From positions 104,654 to 168,653 of the IMG/VR virus record IMGVR_UViG_3300042317_000390: a stretch of DNA of 64,000 nucleotides; one strand, 5' to 3'. The notes below the pieces were generated by a model. The model searched no databases. It saw only the letters and a program-made list of their open reading frames with translations, and was not told the origin of the DNA. A program made the translations under genes and the position numbers. This document shows, piece by piece, positions 1-11,235 of the stretch. Source of the DNA: a virus. How positions within the stretch are numbered: position 1 is the first letter of the stretch; every line of letters begins with the position of its first letter.

Positions 1-2
1 TT

Positions 3-140
3 GTATCATTGGCGCCAATTCCTGTTGGTGGTTCTTTGGAAATTAATAAAATTGCCCTTCAAACCGGTCACTCAATATATGTTGTTTCAAACACTGCGAG
101 TAGTGTTGATGCAGTGATGAGTGTGATGGAGCTCACATGA
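3..140 (+). CDS. 3' end of a small hypothetical (probably virion) protein, truncated by the window
   Basis: Open frame VSLAPIPVGGSLEINK...VMELT*; its TGA overlaps the ATG of the next gene (ATGA). Confidence 0.6.
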   Translation, partial: VSLAPIPVGGSLEINKIALQTGHSIYVVSNTASSVDAVMSVMELT

Positions 141-1366
141 GCGGATATATCGGTCCAAAAACAGCAGACGTTCCAGTAGGAACAATTAGCACTAAAGGAA
201 CTATTAGCGGTAACAACATTGTTATTGGTGGTGCTACTGTTAACTCCACTGTGTTTACGGGTACTGCTAATAATTCAACTTACGCTTTTGGTAAAACAGA
301 AGGTAATTTAAACGTAAACTCTGCTGTTTACGCTAATGGATCATATACTAATACGTTCACGGTTGGTAATTCAAATTATTTTGTTGCTAATGGTAATGTT
401 GGACTTAGTACAGCTACCCCTAATTTTAAATTAGACTTAAGAAATGGCAGAGCACAGTTTGCTTGTGCTAACGAAGCATTCTCTATAGGTTTAAGATATA
501 ACGAAAACACTAATGGTGTTTGGTTAGGTTCTCCATCGGCCAACGCATTTCAAATTTCTAATGCTGGTGGTGGTGCTTTATTTAATATTACTGGTAATGG
601 TAATGTTCTTATTCCTGCAGGTAATTTAGGAGTTGGAGTTTCTTCGCCAAATCATAGTATTGCTACTACTGTTTCGATGGCTATTACTGCTTCTGGTGGT
701 GCTCAATATTTGCTCATGGGTAATCAAGATTCTGGTGGAGTTAATAAACCAGGTATAATAAGAAGTTTTAATGGTGGGCAGTTTGAAATCGGTTTTGGTG
801 ATTCTTGGACAAATTCTACTGGTGGTAATTTTACTAATGTATTTGCTGTATATAGTCCCGCCGGAACAGTATGTTTAAAAGGTGGAAATACTTCTGCTGG
901 TGGTACTGGTATTACTTTTCCTACTACACAATCTGCAAGTTCTGACGCCAATACTCTTGATGATTATGAAGAAGGTTCATGGACACCAGTATTTACTGCC
1001 GACACACCACCAACCGGTGTTACATACAGTTCTAGAATTGGTACATATACTAAGATAGGCGATCTAGTCTATGTCAGATGTACCATTCTACTTTCAAGTA
1101 AAGGTACAGGTGGTTCAGGAACAGTCTTTATAACCGGATTACCATTCTCCGCTGCTGGTTTAGCCAACGGATATGCCTATCAAACTTTAGGTGGTTATTG
1201 TTATCCATCTTCGGGTGACACATTTACAGCCATGTATGGATGTGTTTATGATAGTGGCTCAGCTATTATAACGTCATCGGCACCAGGCGCACTTTCTACA
1301 ATAGCTTGGTCATCTTATGGCAACATTTCAAAAATTAGTTTTTCAGGCACTTATAAGATAAGTTAA
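137..1366 (+). CDS. tail fibre / receptor-binding protein
   Basis: Gly/Asn/Thr-rich, ANGNVG repeats, NTLDDYEEGSWTP motif before a C-terminal beta-rich head. Confidence 0.75.
   Translation: MSGYIGPKTADVPVGTISTKGTISGNNIVIGGATVNSTVFTGTANNSTYAFGKTEGNLNVNSAVYANGSYTNTFTVGNSNYFVANGNVGLSTATPNFKLDLRNGRAQFACANEAFSIGLRYNENTNGVWLGSPSANAFQISNAGGGALFNITGNGNVLIPAGNLGVGVSSPNHSIATTVSMAITASGGAQYLLMGNQDSGGVNKPGIIRSFNGGQFEIGFGDSWTNSTGGNFTNVFAVYSPAGTVCLKGGNTSAGGTGITFPTTQSASSDANTLDDYEEGSWTPVFTADTPPTGVTYSSRIGTYTKIGDLVYVRCTILLSSKGTGGSGTVFITGLPFSAAGLANGYAYQTLGGYCYPSSGDTFTAMYGCVYDSGSAIITSSAPGALSTIAWSSYGNISKISFSGTYKIS
935..988 (+). repeat. 54-bp module shared with 2676-2729 (DANTLDDYEEGxWTP)
   Basis: 46/54 nt identical by manual alignment. 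Confidence 0.85.
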
Positions 1367-1418
1367 CCCTAATTAACTACGCCGGATTAGCGTAGTCGGA
1401 CACAGAAAGGTAAATAAA

Positions 1419-1685
1419 ATGGCACTAACAGAAACTAAAGTAATCGATCAAATCACAGTCACAGAGAACGGCACCCTTCTTGTAAGAGAAGCAACAAGAG
1501 TCCTTCGTGACGGCGAACAAATCGCACAGACCTATCACCGTTGGTCTTTTGCTCCCGGTTCAGACATTTCAGAGATGCCTCAGAATGTTCAGGATATTGC
1601 TGATGTAACATGGACTCCAGAAGTCATTGCTGCTTATGAAGCACAGATAGCAGCCAGCGTTGCAACCCCACCAGTAGCAGAGTAA
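1419..1685 (+). CDS. small tail-fibre-associated protein (possible chaperone)
   Basis: GAAAGG SD; lies between fibre genes; acidic, WTPEV motif. Confidence 0.55.
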   Translation: MALTETKVIDQITVTENGTLLVREATRVLRDGEQIAQTYHRWSFAPGSDISEMPQNVQDIADVTWTPEVIAAYEAQIAASVATPPVAE

Positions 1686-1688
1686 TCG

Positions 1689-3110
1689 ATGCCAATATCA
1701 AAGTCATTAACAACAGCACTAATTGATGGTACTGGAGCTATAACTCCAGCCAACGTCACTGTGTCAACCAATACTATGACTGTTGGCACAGCAATGTATG
1801 TTGTTGCTAATGGCAATGTTGGTATTGGAACTAATGCCCCTGTTGGTTATCCAAATTATACGACATTAGAAGTAAGAAATACTGGTGGTGGATTGTTACG
1901 ACTAGGTAATAGCGCCACCAGCGCTGGTTATATTTACAATGACGGTAATAATATGGGTATGTATAATCTAACATCTACTGGTTTGTTAGATTTTGGCGCC
2001 AATGGTCAATTACAAATGAGAATAACTCCCAGCGGCAACGTTGGTATTGGTCTTACTAATCCATCATACAAACTTGATGTCACAGGAACATTTAGAGCAA
2101 CAGGCTATACCCATGCCGGTGGTCTTGTTGCAGGTGCAAATCTTGTAGCTAACGACTTAACATCAACAGCAGCACTTCGAATTGGTAATAGTGGCGGCGA
2201 CAGTCTTTTTATCGGGCAGTTTGCAAACTCTCATATATGGATGCAGGGAGCTTATTTTAATTCTACTCTTGCTACATATGCTCTGATATTACAACCATTA
2301 GGTAATGGTGTTACTATTGGTTCTAATAATGTACCCCAGAATTCCAGACTTATGGTTATGGGTATTGGTCAAACTTCTAATAATATTTCTGATTCTGGAT
2401 ATCATGATGCTTCTATAATGATAGCTGCCAAAGATGGTTATTATGGCGGCGGCGGGGCTTTGTATTTTTCTACCAAAAATGATAATGGAACATATCTGCC
2501 TGTTTGGGCTATGAAGTTGTTTTATACAAACGGCATTGCCAATGGTGTTGGTGATTTGGTATTTTCAGGCAGAGCAAGTGGCTTGGCCACAGGCACCACA
2601 GAACGTATGAGATTGAATTCTGACGGTGTATTAGGTTTGACTGGTGGTAGAATACAGTTTCCTGCCACACAAGTTGCAAGCACTGACGCCAACACCCTTG
2701 ATGATTATGAGGAAGGAACTTGGACACCAACACTAGAATGTTCAACAACAAACCCAACTTTAACTTATAGCTTACAGGCAGGAAGATATACAAAAATTGG
2801 TAATGTGGTATTTCTCAATTTTGATTTAAGATGGTCTTCTTTAACAAATATTGGTTCTGGTAACCTATGGATAGGAGGATTACCATTTGGTTCACAATCT
2901 CAATACGAAGCTGGTGTAGTAAGCGAAAAGTTTGGAGTTTCAAATCCTGCTGGTAGTTATGGAGTTAATGTGGAAACATTCGCGGGAACATCCAGATTAT
3001 ATTTAACAGGTAATAGAACAGACAATGGTGGTTCTCCTGCATTTGGCGCAGGAACATTAGCAACAGGCCAATCAGGTTATCTAATAGGCGCTATAACATA
3101 TAAAATTTAA
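1689..3110 (+). CDS. tail fibre / receptor-binding protein
   Basis: GNVGIG repeats, ERMRL motif, NTLDDYEEGTWTP module. Confidence 0.75.
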   Translation: MPISKSLTTALIDGTGAITPANVTVSTNTMTVGTAMYVVANGNVGIGTNAPVGYPNYTTLEVRNTGGGLLRLGNSATSAGYIYNDGNNMGMYNLTSTGLLDFGANGQLQMRITPSGNVGIGLTNPSYKLDVTGTFRATGYTHAGGLVAGANLVANDLTSTAALRIGNSGGDSLFIGQFANSHIWMQGAYFNSTLATYALILQPLGNGVTIGSNNVPQNSRLMVMGIGQTSNNISDSGYHDASIMIAAKDGYYGGGGALYFSTKNDNGTYLPVWAMKLFYTNGIANGVGDLVFSGRASGLATGTTERMRLNSDGVLGLTGGRIQFPATQVASTDANTLDDYEEGTWTPTLECSTTNPTLTYSLQAGRYTKIGNVVFLNFDLRWSSLTNIGSGNLWIGGLPFGSQSQYEAGVVSEKFGVSNPAGSYGVNVETFAGTSRLYLTGNRTDNGGSPAFGAGTLATGQSGYLIGAITYKI

Positions 3111-3120
3111 GGAACAATAA

Positions 3121-5418
3121 ATGGCAGGATATATCGGTCAGACTCCGGGTCAAGGTCAGATTCAATACTTTACGTTCACATCAACGAATGGTCAGACCAC
3201 ATTTACTGGCGTTGACGATAACAAATATGTATTAAACTATTCTGTTGGCTTCTGCGATGTGTTCCTCAACGGTCGCCGTCTAACTCCAACATCTGACTAT
3301 ACTGCCATCGATGGTTCAACTATCGTTCTACAATCAGCAGCATCCCTTAATGACGTTCTATTTGTTGCTTCTGCTTCTACTTTTGATACAGCAGACTGGG
3401 TTACTAATGCTGTAAACTATGTTTATACTGCATCATCAGGCCAAACAACCTTTACTGGTGTTGATGATAATTCTAATACTCTTTCTTATGTTAATGGAAC
3501 TATTCTGGTATCTGTTAATGGTATCAACATTCCACAATCAGACTATACAGCAACTAACGGAACGTCAGTTGTATTGGATATTGGTGTTAATGCTGGTGAT
3601 ATTGTTCAGATTTTCTCTTTAAGAACTATGGCTGTTGTGAACTTCTTACCGCTAACTGGTGGGACAATTTCAGGTAATGTTACTGTTGGTAATAGCACTG
3701 TTAACACTCAGATTTCTGCTGGTAATATCGCTCTGAATGGTTCGTCATTAATTATTGGAAATTCCACTGTTAATGTTGTTGTTACAGAAACTAGCTTGAA
3801 GATTTCTAATAGTTCTTCTAATGTTACTTTTGGTTCTGGGCCAGCAACTATCAATGCTATTGCTTCTAATACGTTTACTATTGGAACAGCCGCCTATGTT
3901 GTTGCTAACGGTAATGTTGGTATTGGTACAGCAACACCAGACTATAAGCTAACCGTTCCCGGTGTAATCGCAACAAACAGTTCTTTAAGAGTTTTTGGTG
4001 GGTCCAACCCATTCGTATCACTGGCAGATAACAGCGGTATTGGTACAGCTTATCTACAGGTTGCTTCAAGTATCTTGAATCTATATTATGTTAATTCTGT
4101 TTCTGTTTCTGCTGGTGGTTCTACTAGGGCCATCTTTGCTGCTAATGGTAATTTTGGAATTGGTAACACAAATCCAGTCACAAAGTTACACATTACTAGC
4201 AACGATCAAGGCGGCGATCTGATAAGACTCACATCAAGTAACAATAATGGAACTTCTATGAGTTTCATAAGTTCTTCTACAAACGGAAGAACCTATAGAA
4301 TTGGATCTAATTATTCTTCCGGTGCTGGTGAGTTTTCTATATACGATTCTACTGCTTCATCTACAAGACTTTTGATATCAAATACAGGTCTTATACAGAC
4401 TTATGCTAATAATATAATTCGTACTGGATTAACAACTGGTGCTTTACAAGTATTAGGCACAACTTACGATCAAAGATTAGCGAGTTATGATATTGCTATT
4501 TTTCAAAATGATGATGCTGCTGCTATTAGAATTGTTGAAGCTAATTCTTCTGCTTCTATATCAGAATTAAGTTTGTGTTCTGGTGATGGGCCATCTTCTA
4601 ATGTTTCAGTCATAGGATCAACTGGATCAATAGCTTTTGCCACTGCTAGATCAGCAGGAACTCCTGGTTACGTGCTAACAAATGAGCGTATGCGTATTGA
4701 AACAACAGGAAATATTGGTATTGGTACCAACGCTCCAACTGCTTCTAGAAGAGTCCATATTGTTGATGGTTCTCTTAGAGTAAAGATGGAAGCAACTACT
4801 AACAATGGTTATTGTTCTTTAGACATGACCAGTAAAGATGGTTCTGGCGTTTCTACAAATATATATGCTGGTATGGGTATATCTAGCGCCTCTTCTTGGG
4901 AAATTTTTGATCAAACAAATAATCATTTAGCCCACAGATATATGACTGGAGCATCTGGTTTTCATGACTTCAGAACTCAAGGTCTACAAAGATTATTAAT
5001 AGACGCTAACGGTCAGGTAAGAAAACCATACCAACATGCATGGTTTTATTCTGGCGGTACTACCCTTGCAACAACAACATGGGTGGTTTCCAAACCATCA
5101 TCAGCAGTTATTTCTAATGCTAATTATAATACTTCTACTGGATTGTTCACTGCCCCTGTTGCTGGAAAATATATGATAGGATGTTATGGATTATTTTATC
5201 CTCATACAGGAGTATTTACATCTTCTATTTGGAAAAATGGTGCATCTTATGGTCAACAAGTCCAATCTGGTTATGATTCTTCTCAACACACATTAGTTAA
5301 TATTACAGTAATAGTAGATATGGCAGTAAATGACACTATCGGTTTTGCTTTTTATAGAACCGATAGCGCTAACCTCTATGGTGGTCAGTGGAACCAGTGG
5401 GGTTATTTCTTAGGATAA
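3121..5418 (+). CDS. tail fibre protein with duplicated N-terminal domain and C1q-like C-terminal head
   Basis: Two GQTTFTGVDDN repeats, GNVGIG repeats, C-terminal YNTSTGLFTAPVAGKY motif (C1q-like). Confidence 0.75.
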   Translation: MAGYIGQTPGQGQIQYFTFTSTNGQTTFTGVDDNKYVLNYSVGFCDVFLNGRRLTPTSDYTAIDGSTIVLQSAASLNDVLFVASASTFDTADWVTNAVNYVYTASSGQTTFTGVDDNSNTLSYVNGTILVSVNGINIPQSDYTATNGTSVVLDIGVNAGDIVQIFSLRTMAVVNFLPLTGGTISGNVTVGNSTVNTQISAGNIALNGSSLIIGNSTVNVVVTETSLKISNSSSNVTFGSGPATINAIASNTFTIGTAAYVVANGNVGIGTATPDYKLTVPGVIATNSSLRVFGGSNPFVSLADNSGIGTAYLQVASSILNLYYVNSVSVSAGGSTRAIFAANGNFGIGNTNPVTKLHITSNDQGGDLIRLTSSNNNGTSMSFISSSTNGRTYRIGSNYSSGAGEFSIYDSTASSTRLLISNTGLIQTYANNIIRTGLTTGALQVLGTTYDQRLASYDIAIFQNDDAAAIRIVEANSSASISELSLCSGDGPSSNVSVIGSTGSIAFATARSAGTPGYVLTNERMRIETTGNIGIGTNAPTASRRVHIVDGSLRVKMEATTNNGYCSLDMTSKDGSGVSTNIYAGMGISSASSWEIFDQTNNHLAHRYMTGASGFHDFRTQGLQRLLIDANGQVRKPYQHAWFYSGGTTLATTTWVVSKPSSAVISNANYNTSTGLFTAPVAGKYMIGCYGLFYPHTGVFTSSIWKNGASYGQQVQSGYDSSQHTLVNITVIVDMAVNDTIGFAFYRTDSANLYGGQWNQWGYFLG

Positions 5419-5443
5419 TAAATAATATCAAAAAGGCAGTTAA

Positions 5444-7066
5444 ATGACAAGTAAATTACTAAGTCAAGCAATAGGTCTAAGCGGAACCACAGGAAATAGT
5501 ACTAACATTACTCTTTCCTCGAACGGTTCATTGCAACTTGCTGCCAATGGTGGAACTGATATTTTCATTTCAGCCAACGATAATATTGGTTTTGGTAATA
5601 CTGCTCCTGTCCATAAAGTTTCTATAAATGGCACTACATTTATCAGCAATAATGCTATAATCAATGCCAATTTATATTTCGGTACAACTACATCAAATAC
5701 ATCCAGATTGTTTCTGTCTACTCCTTCTGGAGACGGAACAGTAACGCTTTCTGGCGACGGGACTAATTTTGGTGTTTATAGAGCTGTTGGTGGTAGCTAT
5801 TTTCAGCTTGGTACTACGACTGCAGTTCCTTTATATATTATTTCAAACAATTCAAACAGAGTGATGATAGCAGCGAATGGTAATATTGGTATTGGAAATA
5901 GTAATCCAGCATATCCACTATATGTAGCTGCAGCAGCCGACGGAGCTATTGTTGGGTTTGAATCAACTTCTTCAAACGGTTTCTATTCTACATATTTCAA
6001 TGGATCTTCGATAACAGGCTATATTGGGACTGCTAATCGTGTTGCTTCCGGTAGTAATACAGATTTTGGTATTGGCACTCCAGGCGCTGCTGGCGTATTT
6101 TTATCAACAAACAATTCAGTTAAATTTTATGTTTCTGCAAACGGCAACGTTGGTATAGGGACCACGCCTAGTTCTAAACTGCACGTATATGGAGATGCTA
6201 ATTCTTCTGTAATAAAAATAACCGACGCTACTTTAGGATCCACTTATGGGTCTTATGTCAAAGGTTATGGCGTTGGTGGTGTTGGGGGTTTTACTGAAAT
6301 TGGAGTTGTTGATTCTGATAATTATTCAAAAGGAATAACAATATCGCAACAAGCTAATTATGTAGCTTTCAACACTGGTTATGCTGGTTCTAATTCAAAC
6401 GTAGAACGTATGAGAATTGCCGCTAATGGCAACATCGGTATTGGGACTGCATCCCCAACTCAAAAACTGCATGTCGTAGGTCTTATCAATTCTAGTGATG
6501 GTAGTTCAGATAGATCATATATTGGATGGAAAGCTGGTTCAACATACGGATATAGCGGTCTTCATCTAATTAATATAGATAATTCATCTCTTGTTCTGGG
6601 AACTAACAATACTGCCAGAACAATTATTGATGTGAACGGTAATGTTATTAGTCCGAATCAACCTTATTGTAGAGCAGTTTCCAGCGCTGGTAATGTCACT
6701 GTAGTTAATGGAAACCAAGTAATTCCATATAATAGTGCACTATCTAATATTGGCAGCCATTTTAATACTTCAACATACAGATTCACGATGCCAGTGGCAG
6801 GTAAATATCTGGTAACAGCTTCTATTCAGTTAAATGGAGGTTCGGCTCAATATTATAATTTGTATATTAGAGTAAATGGTTCAGGGCAATTTGGCACCTT
6901 CCAAACAGGTTCTGGTCTAGCATATCAACAATTCAGTACAACTGGCGTCGTCAATGGAAGCGCCACAGATTATATAGACGTCGCTCTTTTTGCAGTTTCT
7001 GGTAGTGGAACTTTAGAATGTTCAGGCGATACTAGATGCTCGCTATCAATCACTTTATTAAGTTAA
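5444..7066 (+). CDS. tail fibre protein with C1q-like C-terminal head
   Basis: ANGNIGIG repeats; FNTSTYRFTMPVAGKY motif. Confidence 0.75.
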   Translation: MTSKLLSQAIGLSGTTGNSTNITLSSNGSLQLAANGGTDIFISANDNIGFGNTAPVHKVSINGTTFISNNAIINANLYFGTTTSNTSRLFLSTPSGDGTVTLSGDGTNFGVYRAVGGSYFQLGTTTAVPLYIISNNSNRVMIAANGNIGIGNSNPAYPLYVAAAADGAIVGFESTSSNGFYSTYFNGSSITGYIGTANRVASGSNTDFGIGTPGAAGVFLSTNNSVKFYVSANGNVGIGTTPSSKLHVYGDANSSVIKITDATLGSTYGSYVKGYGVGGVGGFTEIGVVDSDNYSKGITISQQANYVAFNTGYAGSNSNVERMRIAANGNIGIGTASPTQKLHVVGLINSSDGSSDRSYIGWKAGSTYGYSGLHLINIDNSSLVLGTNNTARTIIDVNGNVISPNQPYCRAVSSAGNVTVVNGNQVIPYNSALSNIGSHFNTSTYRFTMPVAGKYLVTASIQLNGGSAQYYNLYIRVNGSGQFGTFQTGSGLAYQQFSTTGVVNGSATDYIDVALFAVSGSGTLECSGDTRCSLSITLLS

Positions 7067-7089
7067 TTATGTCAATCAAGGAGTAAACA

Positions 7090-7371
7090 ATGGCAAATTA
7101 TACAATTACTTACACAGCAACTGAAGATCTAGCTATGCAGTATGCCGCAGCTTCTGTTGATGATTGGATTCAGAACGCAGCACACGAAAGAGCAAGAATT
7201 GCTATTGATGAAATCGTAGCAGTTGCTGTTCAAAAGTTTCTAGAAGCTGGTCAATCAATTCCCGGTTCTAAGGATGAAATCGTAGCAGCAGCTTTTGATA
7301 ATGGTTGGGTAAAAACAGCCGCTCAGAGAAATGAAGAGGCACTAGCCACTATTCCAGTAGCAAATACCTAA
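7090..7371 (+). CDS. small fibre-associated hypothetical protein
   Basis: AGGAG SD, follows a fibre gene. Confidence 0.55.
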   Translation: MANYTITYTATEDLAMQYAAASVDDWIQNAAHERARIAIDEIVAVAVQKFLEAGQSIPGSKDEIVAAAFDNGWVKTAAQRNEEALATIPVANT

Positions 7372-7392
7372 ATACCAATAAAAAGGTAAAAC

Positions 7393-10300
7393 ATGTCAGT
7401 AACCAATGACTTATCCAGACTAGCTAATAACGCAAATGTTATCATTAATTCAATCACAGTAAACTCTACTGCGATCACTTCTGTTAACGTTGCGGGTATT
7501 ACTATTAACTCTTCTGGATATACTGGTGATGCTAATAATGCTGCTTATCTAGGTGGGTCTAGTTTATCGACTATTCAAGGACAAATTACCTCTAACGCAT
7601 CTTCTGCGTATAGTAATTCAGTAACATACACTGATACAAAGATAGGAACTGCGAACAGTGCTATTATAGCTAATGCTAGTGCTGCCTATAGTAATGCTAC
7701 TTCATATACAGATACTAAAATTGGTACAGCTAATAGCGCTATTGTGGCCAATGCTTCAGCGGCTTATAGTAATTCTGTTTCTTATGTTGATACCAAGATT
7801 GGTACAGCTAATTCTGCAATTACTGGAAACGCTGCTACTGCATATACTAATGCTGTCAGCTACACAGATACGAAAATAGGAACTGCTAACTCGGCAATAG
7901 TCGCTAATGCATCTGCTGCATATACTAACGCTACAGTATTCGCTTCCAATGCTACAAACGTTAATACTGGTACACTAGCAGAAGCTAGATTACCATACCG
8001 TATGAATCAGAATGTTCGTAATACAGATACGGTAGAATTTGGCGGAATGACTCTTACTGGAAATCTAGTAGTTTCTGGTAACGTCAATATTATCGGCGCT
8101 AATAACTTATCAGTGTCTGATAATATGATTTATCTTAATTCTAATAATGACGTTAGTAATCCAGATATTGGTATTGCTGGTAATTATAACGATGGTACTT
8201 ATGCTCATACTGGTATCTTTAGAGATGCAACCGATGGTATATGGAAAGTATTTGACAACTATGGTCCAGAACCAGATGCTAGTCCATACATTGATACAAG
8301 TAACACTAGTTTTCGTTTAGCTAACTTCCAAGCAAATAACTTTTATGGTGGTAATACTACTGCTAATTGGTTTGTTGCTAATACTTCTGGCGCATATACT
8401 ACGTTATTAAGCGGTAATGTATCTTCATCTTCATATGTATCTGTAGGTAATTCTACTGTTAATGTTGTAGCTAACTCATCATCTATAACGTTTAATTCTT
8501 CTGTTGCGGCTTATGCTAGTTTTTATAAACCTTCAGCTAATGGTTCTGCTTATGTTGCGGTTGTAGGTTCTAATAACGCATCTAATCCTTATTGGAATGG
8601 TTGGCAATTTGTTGCGCCGGGGGTGTTCGCAAACTCATCTGCTGGTAATGCGTTTCCTAGAACTTCTCATTTTTATTCTTTTACTAGCACCTCAAATCCA
8701 TCAGATTTGTATTATAATATTCAAGCCGGTAATGATAGTGGAATTGGTACTGGTATAAAAATTTATGCAGTTAGTACAACTAATTCAAGAACTGGTATTG
8801 ATATTTCAGCTAATGGTAATGTTGGTATTGGAACTACATCACCATCAAGCAAATTAAACATTAACAGTAGCACTAATGATGGTTTAAAAGTCACAGATGG
8901 TACAGTAACGTCTATTCTTTATAACACCTCTAGTTCTTCTGGTTCTATTGGCACCGTATCTAATCATACATTTAATATTTACTCAAACAATACAATTCGT
9001 GCATCTTTTACAAATAACGGTGATCTTCAAGTTGGAAATCAATCTGCTGCAGCTAATACTTTAAGATATTTTGATCTGCAAAATACGGATACTGGTGTAA
9101 GTGCTGGTGCTATTATGCGTTTTATTACTGCTAATAGTTCTGGTGGTGCTGCTACTACTGTTGATATGGTTAAGTATAAAAATGGTTCATTCTATATTAA
9201 CAATAATGACGGTTCTGGTTCTACAAGTTTTGGAACTGCCGGGACACAACGTTTATATATTGGGGCGAATGGTAACGTTGGTGTTTCTACAACATCGCCA
9301 GCATATGCATTAGATGTTAATGGAATAATAAATTCACAAGATCAATTCAGAGCTTACGGCGGCGGTGGTGATGTTCGTCTAAACGGTAATTATGCTGGAA
9401 ATACAGCAGTTGTTGGTACTGTAGGTTCAACCGGTTTTGGTATCATGACCAGTAACGATCCTTCTCGTTTATGGATTGCTTCTGGAGGTAATGTTGGTAT
9501 TAATACTAAATCACCACTAGGTAAATTTACAGTCAGACCATCGACCGACAATACAGCTATTACATTAAGCGATGGTGATCCATCAACAGGAGCTTGGATT
9601 CGTAATGATGGCTCTAATATGGTCATTTCAACCAATGTTGGTGAAATGTATTATGGATATAGCGGTTCGTCTAAAAATCTATATTTTATGCCTGGCGGCG
9701 GATCTTCTGGACTTACAATAGGAACAGATAGAGTTGTTTACGCACCAGTTCAATTTAGATCGCCTGTAATATATGATTACGATGATACAACTTATTATAT
9801 TGATCCTAATTCATCATCAAAAATATCAGGTCTTATAACCTTTAATACAGCTTATGGATCTTCTGTTTTACAAGATGGCCAAGGATTTGTTATTAATGGT
9901 AACTATACTAATGGTTATTATAGTCACAGATTTAGAAAATGGGACGATGGAAATGGCGTTCCATTATATGTTCAATATACAACAGGAACTATCGGAAGCT
10001 GGTCAAATATAGCAAAATTCGGACCAGGTGGAAATGGTGAAACTGCACAGTTTTCTGTATTTGGTTATGGGTATGCATCTGGTTCTTGGAGAGCGCCAGT
10101 ATTTTATGATTCTGACGATACTGGCTACTACATAGATCCAAACTCTACATCAGACCAAGCACTAAGAATTAGAGGTGGTGCTTATTTTGGTCCAAATGCG
10201 TCTTGGAATAGATATCTATGGGTAGGTACAAACGGTCGTCCGTCTGATGAAGCGTCTGTTTGTGCGACCGATGGTAATTTGCATATTGATTGCAAATCAG

Positions 10301-11235
10301 GAAATATGATCTATTTAAATTATTATAGTAATGCAAATGTGTATCAAGGTGGTTCTGGTTTCTTCTATTCAGGAACTTCAATTAGAGCACCTATATTTTA
10401 TGATACTGACGATACAGCCTATTATGCCAATCTTGCTGGTGCTTCTAGACTTTCTGGCATTCAAAGCACAGGACGTTCTGGTAACTGGGATTCAGATTTC
10501 CAAAACACACCCGCCGACTCTTTCCGTTATGGTGGTGACTTAAACTCTGGTACAAACTGTCCTACTGGCGGTGGTTGGTGGGTTCAACAAAACTTCAGAC
10601 ACTCTAATTCTTCTAACTATTGGGGTGTTCAAGTTGCATGGGGTTGGGAAGATAAAGCACATGAACTATATACCAGAAACATCACTGGTAATAGTTTCAG
10701 TAGCTGGATTAGATATTCTAACTCTAATAACGGCGGTTCAATTCTTATTGCTGATCTTTCAGCATCTGGTGCATCTACTATTGAATCGACAACATGCTTT
10801 AATGATAGCACATATAAAGCATATGAAATTCAATTCCAAGTTGTTCCCGGTTCAATGAGTGCTGGTATCTATATGCAGTTCTATGTTGGTGGCGCATGGA
10901 GAACGGCGGCTGGTGACTATAGAACATACTCTGCCATCTGGAATGCTGGTGGTTCACAAGGTTATGGACCAAACAGCTATATTGATATAGGTTGTGGTGG
11001 TCGTATTCGTAACTATGCCGGTATTACAGGTATTGCTTCTATTGTATATCCATCAAGAACAGATACTATGCCAATTATGACTGGTATTGCTGGTGCATGG
11101 GATTCTACGATTGATGGTGGTAACAAGATAAACTTTACTGGTTTGCTATCATTTAACTCTGCGATTTCTGGTTTCAGAATTTATGCCTCTTCTGGCACAA
11201 TATCTGGTTACGTTAAGGTATATGGAAGAAAATAA
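7393..11235 (+). CDS. long tail fibre protein
   Basis: 1280 aa; N-terminal 26-aa repeats, GNVGIG repeats, three YDxDDTxYY repeats. Confidence 0.75.
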   Translation: MSVTNDLSRLANNANVIINSITVNSTAITSVNVAGITINSSGYTGDANNAAYLGGSSLSTIQGQITSNASSAYSNSVTYTDTKIGTANSAIIANASAAYSNATSYTDTKIGTANSAIVANASAAYSNSVSYVDTKIGTANSAITGNAATAYTNAVSYTDTKIGTANSAIVANASAAYTNATVFASNATNVNTGTLAEARLPYRMNQNVRNTDTVEFGGMTLTGNLVVSGNVNIIGANNLSVSDNMIYLNSNNDVSNPDIGIAGNYNDGTYAHTGIFRDATDGIWKVFDNYGPEPDASPYIDTSNTSFRLANFQANNFYGGNTTANWFVANTSGAYTTLLSGNVSSSSYVSVGNSTVNVVANSSSITFNSSVAAYASFYKPSANGSAYVAVVGSNNASNPYWNGWQFVAPGVFANSSAGNAFPRTSHFYSFTSTSNPSDLYYNIQAGNDSGIGTGIKIYAVSTTNSRTGIDISANGNVGIGTTSPSSKLNINSSTNDGLKVTDGTVTSILYNTSSSSGSIGTVSNHTFNIYSNNTIRASFTNNGDLQVGNQSAAANTLRYFDLQNTDTGVSAGAIMRFITANSSGGAATTVDMVKYKNGSFYINNNDGSGSTSFGTAGTQRLYIGANGNVGVSTTSPAYALDVNGIINSQDQFRAYGGGGDVRLNGNYAGNTAVVGTVGSTGFGIMTSNDPSRLWIASGGNVGINTKSPLGKFTVRPSTDNTAITLSDGDPSTGAWIRNDGSNMVISTNVGEMYYGYSGSSKNLYFMPGGGSSGLTIGTDRVVYAPVQFRSPVIYDYDDTTYYIDPNSSSKISGLITFNTAYGSSVLQDGQGFVINGNYTNGYYSHRFRKWDDGNGVPLYVQYTTGTIGSWSNIAKFGPGGNGETAQFSVFGYGYASGSWRAPVFYDSDDTGYYIDPNSTSDQALRIRGGAYFGPNASWNRYLWVGTNGRPSDEASVCATDGNLHIDCKSGNMIYLNYYSNANVYQGGSGFFYSGTSIRAPIFYDTDDTAYYANLAGASRLSGIQSTGRSGNWDSDFQNTPADSFRYGGDLNSGTNCPTGGGWWVQQNFRHSNSSNYWGVQVAWGWEDKAHELYTRNITGNSFSSWIRYSNSNNGGSILIADLSASGASTIESTTCFNDSTYKAYEIQFQVVPGSMSAGIYMQFYVGGAWRTAAGDYRTYSAIWNAGGSQGYGPNSYIDIGCGGRIRNYAGITGIASIVYPSRTDTMPIMTGIAGAWDSTIDGGNKINFTGLLSFNSAISGFRIYASSGTISGYVKVYGRK
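7597..7932 (+). repeat. about 4.3 tandem 78-bp (26-aa) coding repeats
   Basis: A(S/A)xAY(S/T)Nxx(T/S)Y(T/V)DTKIGTANSAIxxN four times plus a partial copy. Confidence 0.85.

Noticed and set aside
7597-7932. CRISPR-like periodic repeat
   Set aside because: Degenerate in-frame 78-bp protein repeats with no unique spacers.
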